DNA of 63,709 bases, the filler included, from Kipferlia bialata (Eukaryota): NCBI GenBank assembly GCA_003568945.1. It is 7 parts of 5 records of this genome, joined end to end, with 100 filler letters (N's around TTAATTAATTAA, not from the genome) between each part and the next. Parts side by side here need not be neighbours in the genome. Positions count along the whole stretch, not along the records: positions 33,468 to 44,739 come from BDIP01000054.1; positions 44,840 to 51,496 come from BDIP01000055.1; positions 51,597 to 62,414 come from BDIP01000058.1; 4 more parts are not named here. One strand, 5' to 3'. This document shows, piece after piece, positions 41,081 to 55,206 of this stretch; the first letter of the stretch is position 1; every line of letters begins with the position of its first letter. The notes under the pieces are model-generated. The model worked only from the letters and a program-made list of their open reading frames with translations. It had not been told where the DNA came from and searched no databases. A program made the position numbers and the translations under genes.

Positions 41081-41998
41081 ATGGACCACTTCATTGTACC
41101 CAAGGAGGCAGCCATTGAGTATGGGACGTTTGCCGGCTTGATTGACAAGGAGGGTCCTCTGTGCCATCAGGAAGGGGGCCAGACCGAGAAGGGTGTCTGG
41201 AAGGACAGGGTGGTGGTCCTGTCCGGCTGTTCCTGTTTTGTGTTCGAGCAGAGAGGGGGGGCAGACGGAGTGTTGGCTCCCAACAGCCCATGTGTGGAAT
41301 GCTTCGCTCTGGACGGCAGTCACATCAGTGAGGGTACCAGCGCACACGGGAGCTTCTTAGAGGTACAGTGCCATGGCGTTGGTCCCAAGGACCCCATCCA
41401 GACACACCGGTTCTCTACAGTGGAGAACCTGGAGGCTACAGCAGCCAAGGCCGGTGGCTATGCACAGACTACGAGGCAGAAGAAGCGGTCCAGGGACATG
41501 TCTCTACAGGACTGGGCAGAGACATTCAGGTGGGTGTCTATTGCACCGGTATTAGTACATGTTAGGAGATATATCCCAATAGTCTATTTATACTTCAGTG
41601 AGACCTGTCTCTCTGTCCTTTGACACAGGTTCTATTCCACCCATGGTGCATCGTTGCGTGCAGGTGTGCTTAGAGGCATCCATGCGGCTGACCTCAGATT
41701 CAAGGTGGGTTGTGGTTGGCCAACGGGTACCGCAAAATACTGTCTAACCCCCCAGGTGTGGCTGCTAGCCCCAGACGGGTCTCCCCTCGACGGCACCCTG
41801 GACGCCCCCCTGGTAGGTGCCGAGACAGAGTACCTCCGATCCATGCTGATCCAGTTACACAACGTCAAGGGGGTGGGGTTTGTGCTGGCCAATGCGTATG
41901 TGGATGTGTGGGGGTCCCCCAGACCCGAGCTGGTGCTAGACACGCTGGCCATGGCAGGGTATGCGGCCATACTCTGCAGCGTCAAGCCGGCACTGTGA
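41081..41998 (+). CDS. PH-domain-containing protein
   Basis: LIDKEGPL...GVWKDRVVVLSGCSCFVFE...CFALDGSHI...THRFS...LQDWAETFR follows the PH fold pattern with the terminal helix Trp. Confidence 0.65.
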
Positions 41999-42750
41999 TG
42001 GGTGGATGGTTGGATGTGACTATGGACACTGCATCCTGTTGGGGACATGTCTCTTTGGAAGGGGTGTTTGGGTCGTGGGAGGGATTCACGAGGAGAGTGT
42101 TGCTCTTTAGGCCATCAGGATAGGGCACCGCACCAGCATATGCAGAACCAGGAGTACCCCACAATGGCACTTGGTCAGCAGGTACCATTGCTCATGGTGT
42201 GTCCTAGGTGGCACTTGTGGGCACTGCTAGGCATAGCGTGCCTCTCCGAAGATCTAGCCAGGAGTCTATACCTGAACGGCCCCCATTGCTTGCTCTTCCT
42301 CCCGTACACCTGTGCTGAGCCGATGTCTGAGAGTGTGTGTATCAGTGTCATCAGTGAGTGGAGACAGAGCTGCAACAGAGGTGGGCATGCATGCCTATAT
42401 CGCAGGATGCCTGTATATTGAGAGTTCCAACGCGGCCCACGTATCCTGTTTCCTGTGACGTCCGAGGATTAAGCGATCGCAGCGGTAGGGGAGTACGTCC
42501 GTACACAATCATGTGGACACTTATTGCATACTTGAGACACTCTGGCGACAAGAACGACACATCTGTTGCTGGGGCGGTACTCTAGTCTCTCACTAGTGTT
42601 GAATGAGTGAGTCTGTCTGCTTACCCCTCCGCATTTACATACAGTAGAAGTCATGCCTATAGTAAGGGTCATGGTGTAGCTTGTCACCAAATAGACACTA
42701 AAAGTACTATCACTCTGTTGCTATAGATCTACACATACGTGGACGATAAT

Positions 42751-44609
42751 TTAGTCAGAGACGCGTCGCTTGCGTCTCTTTGTCTTCTTCTTGGTGCGCT
42801 CCCCCCCTGCCACTGTCAGAGTGGGTGCCAGGCCCATAACCTCCATGTCATCAGTCTCATCCACCAGGTCCAGAGCCTTGTGACCCACAACACGGGTAGA
42901 CACCCGATGCTTCACCCTCAGCTTGGGCCCATCCCCACCTGCACTGACTGTGGGCTCTGTCTCAGTAGGGGTTGGCACGTGCTTAGGGGGTCTGGGAGGG
43001 GGTACAGGCCCAGAACCCTTGGGCTTGGGCCGGGGTGGTGGCACAGGGGGGGGCTTCCTCAGCATGGACACAGGAGGGGGGCGGAGGTACTGCTTGAACT
43101 CCTCCTCCTCCTCCTCCTCCTCCCCCTCCCCCTCTCCAAACACCATACTGAAGATGTCTAGATCAGCACTGGTGGTGGAGGGTAGTACTATAGCATCTGC
43201 TGCAGTCTCTCCCCCTTGCTCCTCTGCAACGGGGTCCTCGGGGGTGTCCAGGGTACTGCGGAAGGTCACGTCACTCTGCACCATGTGGCTCTTACGCGCT
43301 TCGAGGACTGAAAGGTCGGGGGCACGACTGGGTGAGGAAGGGAGGGAGGGGGAGATAGAGAGAGAAATAGAGAAAGAGAGACCAGTGAAGAAGGTGTGTG
43401 GAACGGGAAGCTTCTGAGGTACTTAGTGGAACACAACCGCACCTAGCCCTACACCGCGGGACCCCCAGGGCCCTGAGGACCCCCATGTTGATGCCGAAGC
43501 TGAACTCCTCCACAGACACCACCAGCTTAGACCCCATACCCCCGAACATCTGCCTGTATGAGGGGACCCCTTCTCCACCATTGGCTGCAGCGAGAGCAGC
43601 CTGCTCCTGGGTGTAGCTGGCTATGTCGTGCTTGCCAGAAGACACCTGAGGACCTGACGAATGAGATAGGGGGATAGGGTAGGCAAACCGCATACATTCA
43701 TATATAAACCCGTGAACCACTGTGCTTCTGTCCCAGCCGGATACACTGTATATAGATACCCTTATAGACTGAGTGTGCCACCCACCCTGGGCTGCCTCCT
43801 GTGCCTTCTGGAATGTGACCAGGCCATGCTGTCTCTGGGGGATGGGGGCAGAGGCACGACCTCGGCCAGTCCTGGGGGTGAGTGCTAGGAATAGGGGGGG
43901 GAAGTGCATATATACTCCTACTCAAGGCCATATATTGTCAAAAAGGTTCAATACAGATTGTCCACCGCACCTGAACAGTCTCATCTTGGTGGGTGGGGCC
44001 CGGGTGTCAGGTGGTGGGGGTGGGGGGGGACCCGAGTAGTTGAGAGAGGGACCCAGGGTGGGTAGGGACACCTCAGCCGTGAAGGTGAAGGGGGTGGGGG
44101 CATCTGCACTGCGCCGGATGAGACCCTTCCCCTTCCCCCTCTTGCGTCTGTCAGCTGATCCCCTCCCACGCAACCCACCTCTCTGCCCCCTACCCCCTCC
44201 ATAGCCTCTTCCCCCATCTCCCTCATCGTCTGACACACTGATCTCATTGTCAAAGTCCTCTCGTGCCTCCTCTCCCTCCCCAAAGGCCAGGAACGACTTC
44301 TGGTGTGTCTGCTTCCTCTTCACTGTGGGCACAAACCCGAGGCCGTGCATGGGTGTCTCCTGGGGGGGAAGGGCACTGGGTGCCTGGAACAGAGACTTGA
44401 TGCCGTCCCCCCTCCGTGTGGGTGCCACTGGCACCTGTGCCCCGTACCCCAGGGTCTGCCTGTCCTCGTCGTCCATGAAGTCATCCAGGGTCATCTCGGC
44501 ATGGGGGGCCCGCTTGCCACGCTCCGACACCCACTGCTCAGACTGGAAGGCAGTGCCCCCAGTGCTCTCCCTCGCACCCTGGAAGGCCCCGTAGGAGGTC
44601 TGGCTGCCC
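42751..44609 (-). CDS. GPATCH1/TOUGH-like (DUF1604 N-terminus) splicing-associated protein, 5' end in gap
   Basis: YGAFQG...WVSERGKRA...LDDFMDDED resembles the DUF1604 pattern; also HGLGF, RQMFG...VEEF and a basic C-terminus KKKTKRRKRR. Confidence 0.6.
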
Positions 44610-44739
44610 CTGGGGGGGAGAGGCAGAAGGGATAGAAGAGAGAGAGAGAGGGTATGTGGTAGAGATATACACTGGGGCAGAAGACACTTTGTGTGGATGG
44701 GATAGGGGGGGGGGGGGGGGGAGGGGGGAGGGGAAAGAG

Positions 44740-44839
44740 NNNNNNNNNNNNNNNNNNNNNNNNNNNNNNNNNNNNNNNNNNNNTTAATTAATTAANNNNN
44801 NNNNNNNNNNNNNNNNNNNNNNNNNNNNNNNNNNNNNNN
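44740..44839. other. Artificial gap linker
   Basis: Same structure; flanked by poly-G and poly-C. Confidence 0.97.
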
Positions 44840-44889
44840 ATACACACCCCTATTTATACCCCCCCCCCCCCCCACCCCCCTCACCCCAG

Positions 44890-47800
44890 CACCGCACGCT
44901 GTCCATCCTGCTCCTGTCCTGCCCTGCCCCCAGGCATCCTAGTACATACCCCAGTGCACACACACAGGGACAGACAGAGGGAGAGGGAGAGACAGATGGC
45001 ACTAAGCCCACTGACCTCCCAGCCTCTGGTGCCTCTGGTGCCTCCAGTAACCCTAGTAACCCTGGTGCCCCATCTCCCCCTGTGTCTGTGTCTGACTGTG
45101 CCAACCCCTGCCAACTGGCAGTGTTCTTCCTGCTCCCAGACAACACGCTCAGGTAATGCTGATATATAGTGTATATATATATATTCCTGATACATAACAC
45201 TGAAGTATATACTCCTGCTAACCCTCAGACTGGTGGGTGTCAGACCTGCTGGCCTGGCAGCATGTGGGGTGAGTGCAGGTACAGACAGTGCAGACAGTGC
45301 AGAGGGTGAAGATGGGGCAGATGCCAAGGGTGCAGAGGGTGCTGGTGGTGGAGACCCTGCTGTAGGTGCTGCTGCAGGTGGTGCCGAGGGTGCCCAGCCC
45401 ACCCCCACCCCTGCCTCTGCCTCTGCCTCTGCCACTGAGGGCAAGGGAGGGGACATGGGCATGGTCAGGTATGTACAGACACATAACTGATATATATATA
45501 TATATACATGTATAGTGAGAGTATAGGTCATACATCCATGGATAACCCTCACCCCCCAGGAACCCCTGCTACCACATGCTGAGCACAGTGGTTGTGGAGT
45601 ACCAGCTCACATGGAACCAGGTGGGTACATGGTGTATATTAATGTATGTGTAAATGTATGTATATTGTTAATATCTATACGTGCTGATACCAGCTCACAT
45701 GGAACCAGGTGGGTGTATCAGTATCAGTATATTACGCACACATATGGAATATATTCTATTGTGCACATATACCCATCCCTCACCCCCAGGTTGACTATGT
45801 TGCCTTGCATGACTCCGAGCTCCTCAGGGCCATCAGCCCCTACCTCTCCCACGCTGCATCCCTCACCAAGTGTCTGTTGCTAGACTTCTCCACCCTGGCA
45901 CTGCCCACACACAAGGTACTGATAGTGATACTGATACTACCTACACCCATGGTATATATATATATATATATGATACTGACCCCCCAGGCCAGTGGCACTG
46001 ATACACCCCTGACCCAGGAGCAGCACCTGCTCAGGACACACAGGTGGGGTGTATTATGTATATATATAGTATTATTATATAATATGTGTATTATGTATAT
46101 ATTATGTATATACTGAGGACACTATATCTACCAATCTCTCCATCCATCCACCTCTGACCTGCCAGACAGGGCCTGCAGTGCTTCCTGGACCCCAACCCAA
46201 CGGTGTCCAGGGCTAGGCTCGAGGAGGTGTGTATACTTTAGTATACTTATGTCCATACATATAAGTGTGCGATGGATATTGATATTATATTTCAAATATG
46301 AACTGTGTGATATACCGCCCTGACGAGAGTGTACATATAGAGGTATATAGATCTCTCTGCGCGATTGTATGTGTTGGCCGGACCCTCATGACCCTCTCTC
46401 TCTATATACATATATATATATATATGTGTGTGTGTATGTGTTTATATATATATATATCCCTCTGACCCTCCAGGCCAAGTCCACCATGGACGCTGCATGT
46501 GCACAGGATGTGGATACATACCATGCCATAGTCACAAAGACAGGTATATATATACATATATATACTTGTATATATTTATGTGTGTGTGTATATATATATA
46601 GATACTGTGTGTGTCCTGATATAGTATATATATATACACATATATATAAGATGGACTGTCCCCTGACCCAGGCAAGTACAGCAAGCAGAGCACCCCCCTT
46701 GTGAGACCTATCAAGAGAGAGAGAGAGAGAGAGAGGGCTGGTGACCCCTGCCGCCGACTGAGTCTGGAGGGTCTGATGGCCTCTGCCACCCAGGCCAAGA
46801 GGAGGCCAGACCCATACCTGCCAGACCCACAGCCAAGGTATGGATATGTATGAGTATGTTTGTATATATATATGTACATGGTATATGATACTGATACCTG
46901 CCAGACCCCATGGCAGTGCAGCCAAGGTATGGATGTGTGAATACAAATATTAGTATTATCATCACCATCCCCCTCCTCCTCACCCCCCAGGCTGTATGAC
47001 ACCACCCCCATGCTCCCCCTACTACCCCTGGACATGGCATCTTCTAGGGCACAGCCGGCCCCCCCCACCACCCACAACCCCAACATGGCCCGGTCTGCCT
47101 CCCTCCCCCTATTCCCCTCTGTGAGACCCCTGTCCTCAGCTGTCCAAGGGCTGGGTCTGTCATCATCAGCTGTACAGGGGCTGCAGGGGCTGGTCAGTGC
47201 ACAGGTGGAGGCCGACCACAACCACACCCACAACCCCAACCACAACCCCCCAAGACACAGCATCAGTCCCAGCCCATCAGACGGCATAGCACATGGTGTG
47301 AGGCACATGCCGGGGCAGCCCTTACAGGGTGTGCAGCCCCTGTTCCCGTCTGAGACTGTGCCACACATGCAGAGTCAGGGGGTGTCTGGTGGACCCACTG
47401 TGCAGGGCACGTCCTGTCTCGACCCATCAAGACACAACCCTGCTCTGTCGATGCACCCCGTGGTGCCAGTCTGCATCAGTGCGGTCACAAACACTAACAC
47501 TAGTACTAACAGTGGTACTACTACTACTGGGAGTGGCACTAGTGGGAGTGACAGTGGCAAGGTGACTGTGTCCAGCACTGCTGCCAGGATAGACGACATC
47601 TTCAACGGGTCCATCACGAGACTGGGTAGTAGGGCCAGTGCACTTGGGGCCAGGGCGGCACCCATGAGTGCCATCACTACACCCTCCACACCCCCTCCCC
47701 CTGTCAACAGCCTGGCCTGGTGGGTGTCGTATGCTGAGGACATGCCCAGCCTGGGTGTGAGGGTGAGGGGGTACCACAGGCTGCAGTCACTGCTCACGGC

Positions 47801-48102
47801 ATGCCCAAAGGTGTATGAGGTGGGGACGTGTATTGGTATATATGTATATGTATGGGTGTGTATGTCTATAGTGTGGTACTTACCCCCTCCCCTCACCCGC
47901 GCAGGCCTCCAGGGTGTTCAAGGACGACAATGAGTGTGTATATAGTATATGTACTTGTATACTCTCTCTATATATATAGTATATATAGTATATATAGTAT
48001 ATATATAGTATCCTACCCCAGGCCTCCAGGGTCTTCAAGGACGACAATGAGTTTGGCTACATGGCCCAGTACAACGGAGACATGCTGGGGATGTGCCACG
48101 AC

Positions 48103-48105
<3 letters not shown>
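44890..48105 (+). CDS. Hypothetical multi-exon protein, 5' incomplete
   Basis: Canonical splice sites; last exon ASRVFKDDNEFGYMAQYNGDMLGMCHD* with TAA at 48103-48105. Confidence 0.65.
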
Positions 48106-48146
<41 letters not shown>

Positions 48147-48865
48147 GAGAGAGAGAGGACGAGACCCTACATACCCTCTTTGCCGGGTTGTGCCTGGTCA
48201 ATTAGGGTATGGCTATGGGTGTTTGTTTATACTGCTACATGTGTCCCCTGGGGTATATGCAGGTGGGTGTCCATCTGACACCCCCCTACCCATGGGATGT
48301 GTGTATGCATGTCTATTGTGTGTCTATTGTGTCTGGGTTGGATGAGGGAGGCTGTGTCGATCTAGTACCATCGAGTACTACTTGTGTCATGAATTGAATT
48401 GAATACGTTCGCCCAACTGTAATACAGTTGGGCTGGGAGAGAGAGAGAGAGGTGAGAGAGGTGAGAGAATGAAGGTTTGCAGCTGTAGTTTGTCGGTTGC
48501 ATTTGTTGTTTCTGGCGCATACATGTGTTTGCACCATTGGCATAAATCATAGTTGTTGGTTGGTGTCAGTTGGTGGTATAATGTGATTTGAGACATTAGT
48601 AATGTTTTGTTCAGCGATATGCTGTGCCGGACTGCTAGACGGAGTACATACTAAGTAGGATCCAAACAGTTTGTATCACTCAAACTCTCCAGAATGGCAG
48701 CATCCATGTTGGATCTATGGGTCATATTTCATGGCAACTACTGAATTGCATCCCTCGAAGCTGCCTGTGAAGCCTTTCAGGCTTTGCTCTCATGATCATT
48801 CTCTCTAACCCATATATTCAACATCATCTGGCATTCGATGTATCATATCTATTAGACCCATTGTG

Positions 48866-51372
48866 TCAGAGGGTATACCCCTCCTCCTCTAGCCGTTCTC
48901 TCTCTCTCTCCCTGGCAATTGCATCCTCCTCGTCATGCATCTGAGGGTGAGAGGATAGAGAGAGAGAATATGGCATGTAGACATATATATATATATATAT
49001 ATATATTTGTATATACATATATATACTATCCTCCTCGTCATGCATCTGAGGGTGAGGGGTATAGAGGCATTATGGCATATATATATAAATATATGTGTGT
49101 GTGTATATGTGTATATATATAGGCATTCCTCCTCGTCATGCATCTGAGAGGGTGAGGGGGTGTAGAGGCAGTATGGCATATATATGAAATGTATATGTGT
49201 GTGTATATGTGTATATATATAAGCATTCCTCCTCGGCATCCATATGGTGGGTGAGGGAGTATACACAAATGGAGAGGGGGGGAGAGAGACTCAGTAGAAA
49301 GGTGGATATTGTCCTCTTCCTCTCTATCTATGCATTTACACACATATCCATAAATCCTGCTCTGGTATCTGTACCAATGCATATACAGACACACATATAT
49401 GTATATACACACATATATATACATGTACATAAACCCACCTCCTGCTCCGGTATCTGTACCAATGCATATACAGACACACATATATGTATATACACACACA
49501 CACACACACATATATATACACATATACATATCCATACCTCCTGCTCTGGTATCTGCACCAGCACCAGCCCCACATTGTCAGGGGCACCAAAGGGGTTCCT
49601 GGGGTGGGGTGTGTACAGTTTGAATATCCAATGGTAGAATGACACCACATATACATTTATGACGGGCCCAAAGAGGTATACGTGGTGAGGAATTATACAA
49701 TCCCAATGAATGCGAGAGTGTTTTTCTAAATTGATAAACGGGTACCTGTCCCTCTCCCCTGTCAGCTGTGTCAGCTCTCCAAAGCACAGGCCCTGCATCT
49801 TGTTGATGGCCTTGAACTGGCCCTGGGGTCAATGTATGTATATATAGAGAGATAATAGACAGACATATACATATATATAGATAGAGAGATATATATATAG
49901 ATATAGATAAACATACATACATATATATATAGATGGGCCTTGAACTGTCCCTGGGGGTCAGTACAGATATCTAATATACATCCCTTCAGCTCTGGGGCCA
50001 TAGAGATAGTTGGATAGATAGGTATAGACAGACAGCCTATGTCTCATACGCATACCTTCAGCTCATACTCTGTGGCCACCGTCGACACTTATACATACTA
50101 TATATACTTATTAATATGTCTAAATATATATCTATATATATTAATGGTCCTTCCCCTACCTTTAGCTCATACTCTGTGGCCACCGTTGATGGGTACGCTG
50201 TGGGTATGTCAAATATCCTGGGTATTGGGTTCTTGAGGGTGTGGATCAGGGACTCCTCAAACTCAGCCCTGGGGGTGGGGGAGAGCACACAAGGAGAATG
50301 GAGAGCATAGTATTGAAATACGTATACTGTATATTATTGTATACTAAATACTGTTGTATAAGGGACTCCTCAAACTCAGCCCTGGGGGTGGGGGGTGGGG
50401 GAGGTATATAGGGAGTGTAGTTAGTATTGTATAATCTATAGTATAACAATTGTAAATCTAATACCAATATATAAGGGACTCCTCAAAAACTCAGCCCTGG
50501 GGGGAGGGGTATGTATACACAAAGAGAATATAAAACTCAGTATACACTATAGAAATACACATTTTACTTTGATTACTATATCACAAATCCAAAAGAGACT
50601 CCTCAAACTGGGGGTGGGGGACATATTGGGAGTATATATGTATAATGTAAGAATATACTCTAATATATCCTCCCTGAACACATCCATTCATGTATCCACA
50701 CGTCTATAAACACCTGAACACTTCAATATACATATATCCATCTATACCCACCTGCATACACCTGGGTGGCCTTCTATATATATGAATGTATATATACATC
50801 CATATATACATATATACCCACCTGAATACATCTGCGTGACATTGGTTGAACTCAGCATCTGTGTCCTGAGGTGGGAGGATGGTTACACATGTATGCTAAT
50901 TATATATGTAATAGATAAATGATACATACATCACCCAGCATCTGTGTCCTGGGGGTAGGTACATGTACATGAAGGTGTGTACTAAGATACAAGGTGTGAT
51001 ATAGACAAGTGTGATACATAAGTGACTCAGCATCGGTGTCCTGGGGTGGGAGGATGGTCATACATAGATATGACATGATAGACATAGATATGACAGATAT
51101 GAATATGATAAATATGGATGGGAGATGCATAGAAGAGTGGCTAGGGGAGGGGTAGGGGGTGTGCACTCTATATAGTATATAGTATATATCGATGAGGACT
51201 ATCTCGGATTGAATACAAATGCCATCGGCATAGAGGCTCAGTCTGTCCCTCAGGCTAGATATATATGTATATATATATATGTATAATACCATACCTCCAT
51301 GTACATATAGTATATATGGTATATATACGATGCCCATACCTCCACCAGTTCAGACAGGACCTCCTCCAGACA
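48866..51372 (-). CDS. Hypothetical multi-exon protein, 5' end in gap
   Basis: Spliced ...AEFEESLIHTLKNPIPRIFDIPTAYPSTVATEYELK|GQFKAINKMQGLCFGELTQLTGERDR|NPFGAPDNVGLVLVQIPEQE|MHDEEDAIARERERERLEEEGYTL*. Confidence 0.65.
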
Positions 51373-51496
51373 CTGGGGGTCAGTATCAGTTAGGATTCAT
51401 ATATATAAAGATATATAGATATATAGATATTACCAAATGATACCTCCTCCAGTCACTTGGGGGGGGGGGGGGGGGGAGGGAAGGAAAAAAACCCCC

Positions 51497-51596
51497 NNNN
51501 NNNNNNNNNNNNNNNNNNNNNNNNNNNNNNNNNNNNNNNNTTAATTAATTAANNNNNNNNNNNNNNNNNNNNNNNNNNNNNNNNNNNNNNNNNNNN
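51497..51596. other. Artificial gap linker
   Basis: Same structure. Confidence 0.97.
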
Positions 51597-51648
<52 letters not shown>

Positions 51649-51670
51649 CATTATTTATTCCTGACCTAAG

Positions 51671-53165
51671 GCCTCAAGGGCGATGTGGATGAGGTCGCTG
51701 ACCCCTCAGCGGATGATGAGTGGAGTGACTCAGTCAGTGCTGTGTTTGGGGATGATCCAGAGATTGAGGGTCCAGAGGGAGAGAGAGAGAGGGAGGGAGA
51801 GGAGGAGGAGGATGCTGCAGATGCTGAGGAGAGGCTCTTTGTGGAGAGCTCAACCTCTGTCGCTGCACCTGCCACTCTAGACGGTCTAGACGGTCTAGAT
51901 GGGGGTATTTCTACCCCCCTCCCTGGCATGCATGATGTCCCTGTCCACTCTGAGGTTGGACATGCATTGGGGGTCTCATTCTTCAACAGGTATGTCCTCT
52001 TGCCAATCCATATCCGTCTCTCTCTCTCTCCTTATCAGTTATACATGCATTGGGGGTCGCATTCTTCAACAGGTCCTGCTACTTCCCCCCCGCTCTCTCT
52101 CTACATGAGTACCTTGCACCAGCTTCCAGTGACCAGTTCTTATGAATATATATATAAGTCATGGATCCCTCACCCCCAGGGCCCAGCGTGTTCTGAGACT
52201 AGTCGGTGCCTACAGCCCCTTCTTCCCCTTGGATGTATTTGGGGCAGCATTTGACGCATCTGTCGTCATGGTGAATAGGTATTTATGTATAGTGCAGTAT
52301 ATACTCTGTATGCATGTGCCCTCACTCTCCTCTGACGCCAGGATCCTCCCCTCCCTCCTCTCCGCTGTCCCTCCCCTCCCTGTCCAGAACGAGTTGTTGC
52401 ACTACCTGTCCAAGGTGTGCCCCTCTCTCTTCGACTCCTGCCTCTCCCCCTTGGTGGAGAGTGAGCAGGACGGGGACACCCCCTTCTGGATGGGTGCCAT
52501 ACCCCCAGAGTGGCCAAGGGGACCATTCACTAGAGGGTTCGGTCTGCCTATGGTAGAGGAGACACGGGAAGAAGAGGCAGAGTACATTACACCAGAGGTC
52601 CTGCTCATTGCCACGAGGTACATGCCTTCCATACAATATATCAAGAGCAGTATATATATATATATATCTCACCCTACTAGGTATGTCCTGCTTGGTGCGG
52701 CCTCCCTCTCTGCTGTCGGCATAGCATCCTCTGCACCCCTCTCCCCCCCTTGCCAGTTCCCCTCCTACCTGTGCCCCAGCCCCCCTACGGCACTGCCTAG
52801 AGACATACTGGGGGCAGGGCATGATGCATTCGCCCAGTGCATCAAGGATAAGCAGGTATGCATCTCAGCCTCTCACTCACAACTCTTTCACGCCACCCCC
52901 CATCACCCTACACTCTGTGTGTGTGTGTGTGTATGTGTATATACTTACCACCCAGACTGCCATGGACCTCTTTGCCGATGGGTGCATGTCCGCAGAGTAC
53001 GGCCTGGCACTCTCAATGTGAGTAAGTCTCTCTCTCTCTCTCTCTTTATTAGTATGTCTCTTTCTTTCTTCTTCTATCTTTCTCTATTCTTCCTCTCTTA
53101 CCTCTAGGGAGGCCAGGAAGTGGATAGTGCACGCATGTACCATAGAGGCTGGCCGGAAGCTGTGA
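51671..53165 (+). CDS. Hypothetical protein with acidic region, 5' incomplete
   Basis: In-frame exons ending ...ALSM|EARKWIVHACTIEAGRKL*. Confidence 0.65.
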
Positions 53166-53459
53166 CCTATCCACGGTGCCATATTCACTAGGGTCAACTA
53201 ATGACCTATAATGTACGTATCTGTCTGTTTCATGAGGCATGATACTGTGGCTTATCCACTGTATTCCTTTAGCACGCTTGCATTTGTACAATAGACGTTG
53301 TTGTTTCATGGAAGTATCATATGGTCTGTATTGAAACACACTAAGACTGTGTATTCATGTAATAGTATCCACAATCCAGTTCATCTATTAAACATATATA
53401 TTAAGCGGAGATACCCTGTTACACCACAGAAGTCTCAAACACACTGAAACACCCCATAC

Positions 53460-53497
<38 letters not shown>

Positions 53498-55000
53498 CTA
53501 CTGAGAGAGTACCCCCTGCTGGGTCAAGACCTGGGGTGCCACAACAACTCCCTCAGCACCTACTGTCTCGCCCTCTCCCTCTGCAGTCTCTCTCTCTCCC
53601 TCACCCTGGGGGTCACCGTTGACGTCATCAGAGTACACCTCGGGGGTGTCAGCCACCATGGCGGAGATCTGGAAGTGAGATACATCGACATGTATAAGAA
53701 TTACCGAATGTATTTATATAGATATAGTGCATAGATTAATCCCACCTGAGTGGCGTTGACTGCCTCCAGCTTGAGCATCCGACGCAAGTATATACACACG
53801 CATATAAATATAGATACATATACATACAGTATCTAGGTACCATTCCCACCTGTGTGGCGTTGACTGCCTCCTGCTTGAGCATCCGACGCAAGTATATACA
53901 CAAACACATATATATTACATATGGTATTATTCCTTACCTGTGTGGCGTTGACTGCCTCCTGCTTGAGCATCTGGACACTGGCCGAGGTGTGTCTGTGGGC
54001 ATCCACAGCCTGTCTGGCCTCAGAGGCAAGGGTGGCTGGGGTGAGAGATATGGTAGGTGAATACGAACAGAAGGAGACTGACTAGGATATTCTGATACTA
54101 TAGACGAGTGAGAATCAGAGGCAAGGGTGGCTGGGGTGAGAGAGAGAAGAGTAAGAGATAGTAGGTGAAGGAACAGAAGGAACAGAAGGAGAGTGACTGG
54201 GTCAGACTCAACTAGATAGAGAGAGTGACAAAAGGAGAGGGGGGGGGGGGGGGGGGGCCCCCCCCCCGGGGGGGGGGGGGGGGGGGGGGGCGGGGGGGGG
54301 GGGGGGGGGGGGGGGGGGGTTGCGAGTGTAAAACACTCAATTACTGCTGTCTCAACTTCAGAAGTCAATATTTGAGCACCATGAGAGTATTCATACATGT
54401 ATATATCCGTATCCGTGCATGCCCTACCCTAGAGAGTGCCACCACTTCCTGCCTGTCAAGGGGGGCGACAGTGAGGACAGGGGTCTCTGGGGTGAGTGGC
54501 AAGAAGAGAGTATACAGACGTGACTCACGAGTTATAGACACATGCATTCAGAGACTAGTGAGTGTAATACCCATATCCCATACCTTCTGGCAGCAGAGCA
54601 GTCACTGAACCACGGAGAACAGGGGGGATGCCTGGTGGTTAGAGAGAAGAGAAGGACCAACAGAGAGACAATGAACATATGGCACCCTCCTCCGAACACT
54701 GAGGACGTGAATGCACACACATAACCTAAGCCCCAATAGACACCCACCTGCCAGCAGTGATGTTGCAGCGTATGGCTTCGGCTGTGCTATGGTGACCCTG
54801 TTCACAAAGGAGAGTCGGGCGGCAGCCAGTGTCTTGGCATACAGCCCCAGCTCACTGACCCACAGACCCTCGAAGGTGTCTACATAGCGCTCCACGGCAC
54901 TGATGAGCCGGGGTGGGTCGTATCTAGTAGACCTAGACACAAAGGCATCCAGCACACCACTCAGAGGGAAGGCAACACCGCCTGGGCTCCCACTGGACAT
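53498..55000 (-). CDS. Hypothetical protein (phase conflict across the poly-G/C intron)
   Basis: MSSGSPGGVAFPL...; 3' exons TLASEARQAVDAHRHTSASVQMLKQEAVNATQ|ISAMVADTPEVYSDD...LSQ*. Confidence 0.55.
54238..54319. repeat. Long poly-G/poly-C/poly-G homopolymer tract in an intron
   Basis: Directly visible in the sequence. Confidence 0.9.
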
Positions 55001-55206
55001 AGGTTGGCAGTCCTTGCCACTAGAGCTCAGGAACAAGGGGTCCCAGAGGCTGTCTCTGCGGCCTGGTCACTTGGTCGCAGGCTAGGGGAGACGGGTATGG
55101 GCCTCTTTAGAGAGAGTGAAGACAGAGCACAAACAGGATCTGAGATTCTTGAAAAAGAGAGAAGAGAATTCTCAGACTTTTGAGTCTGCTCTCTTCTTCA
55201 ACCAAA

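Noticed and set aside
49354..50610. Regularly spaced short direct repeats resembling a CRISPR array
   Set aside because: Each repeat family is a copy of the local exon edge, the spacers are low-complexity, there are no cas genes and the context is eukaryotic.
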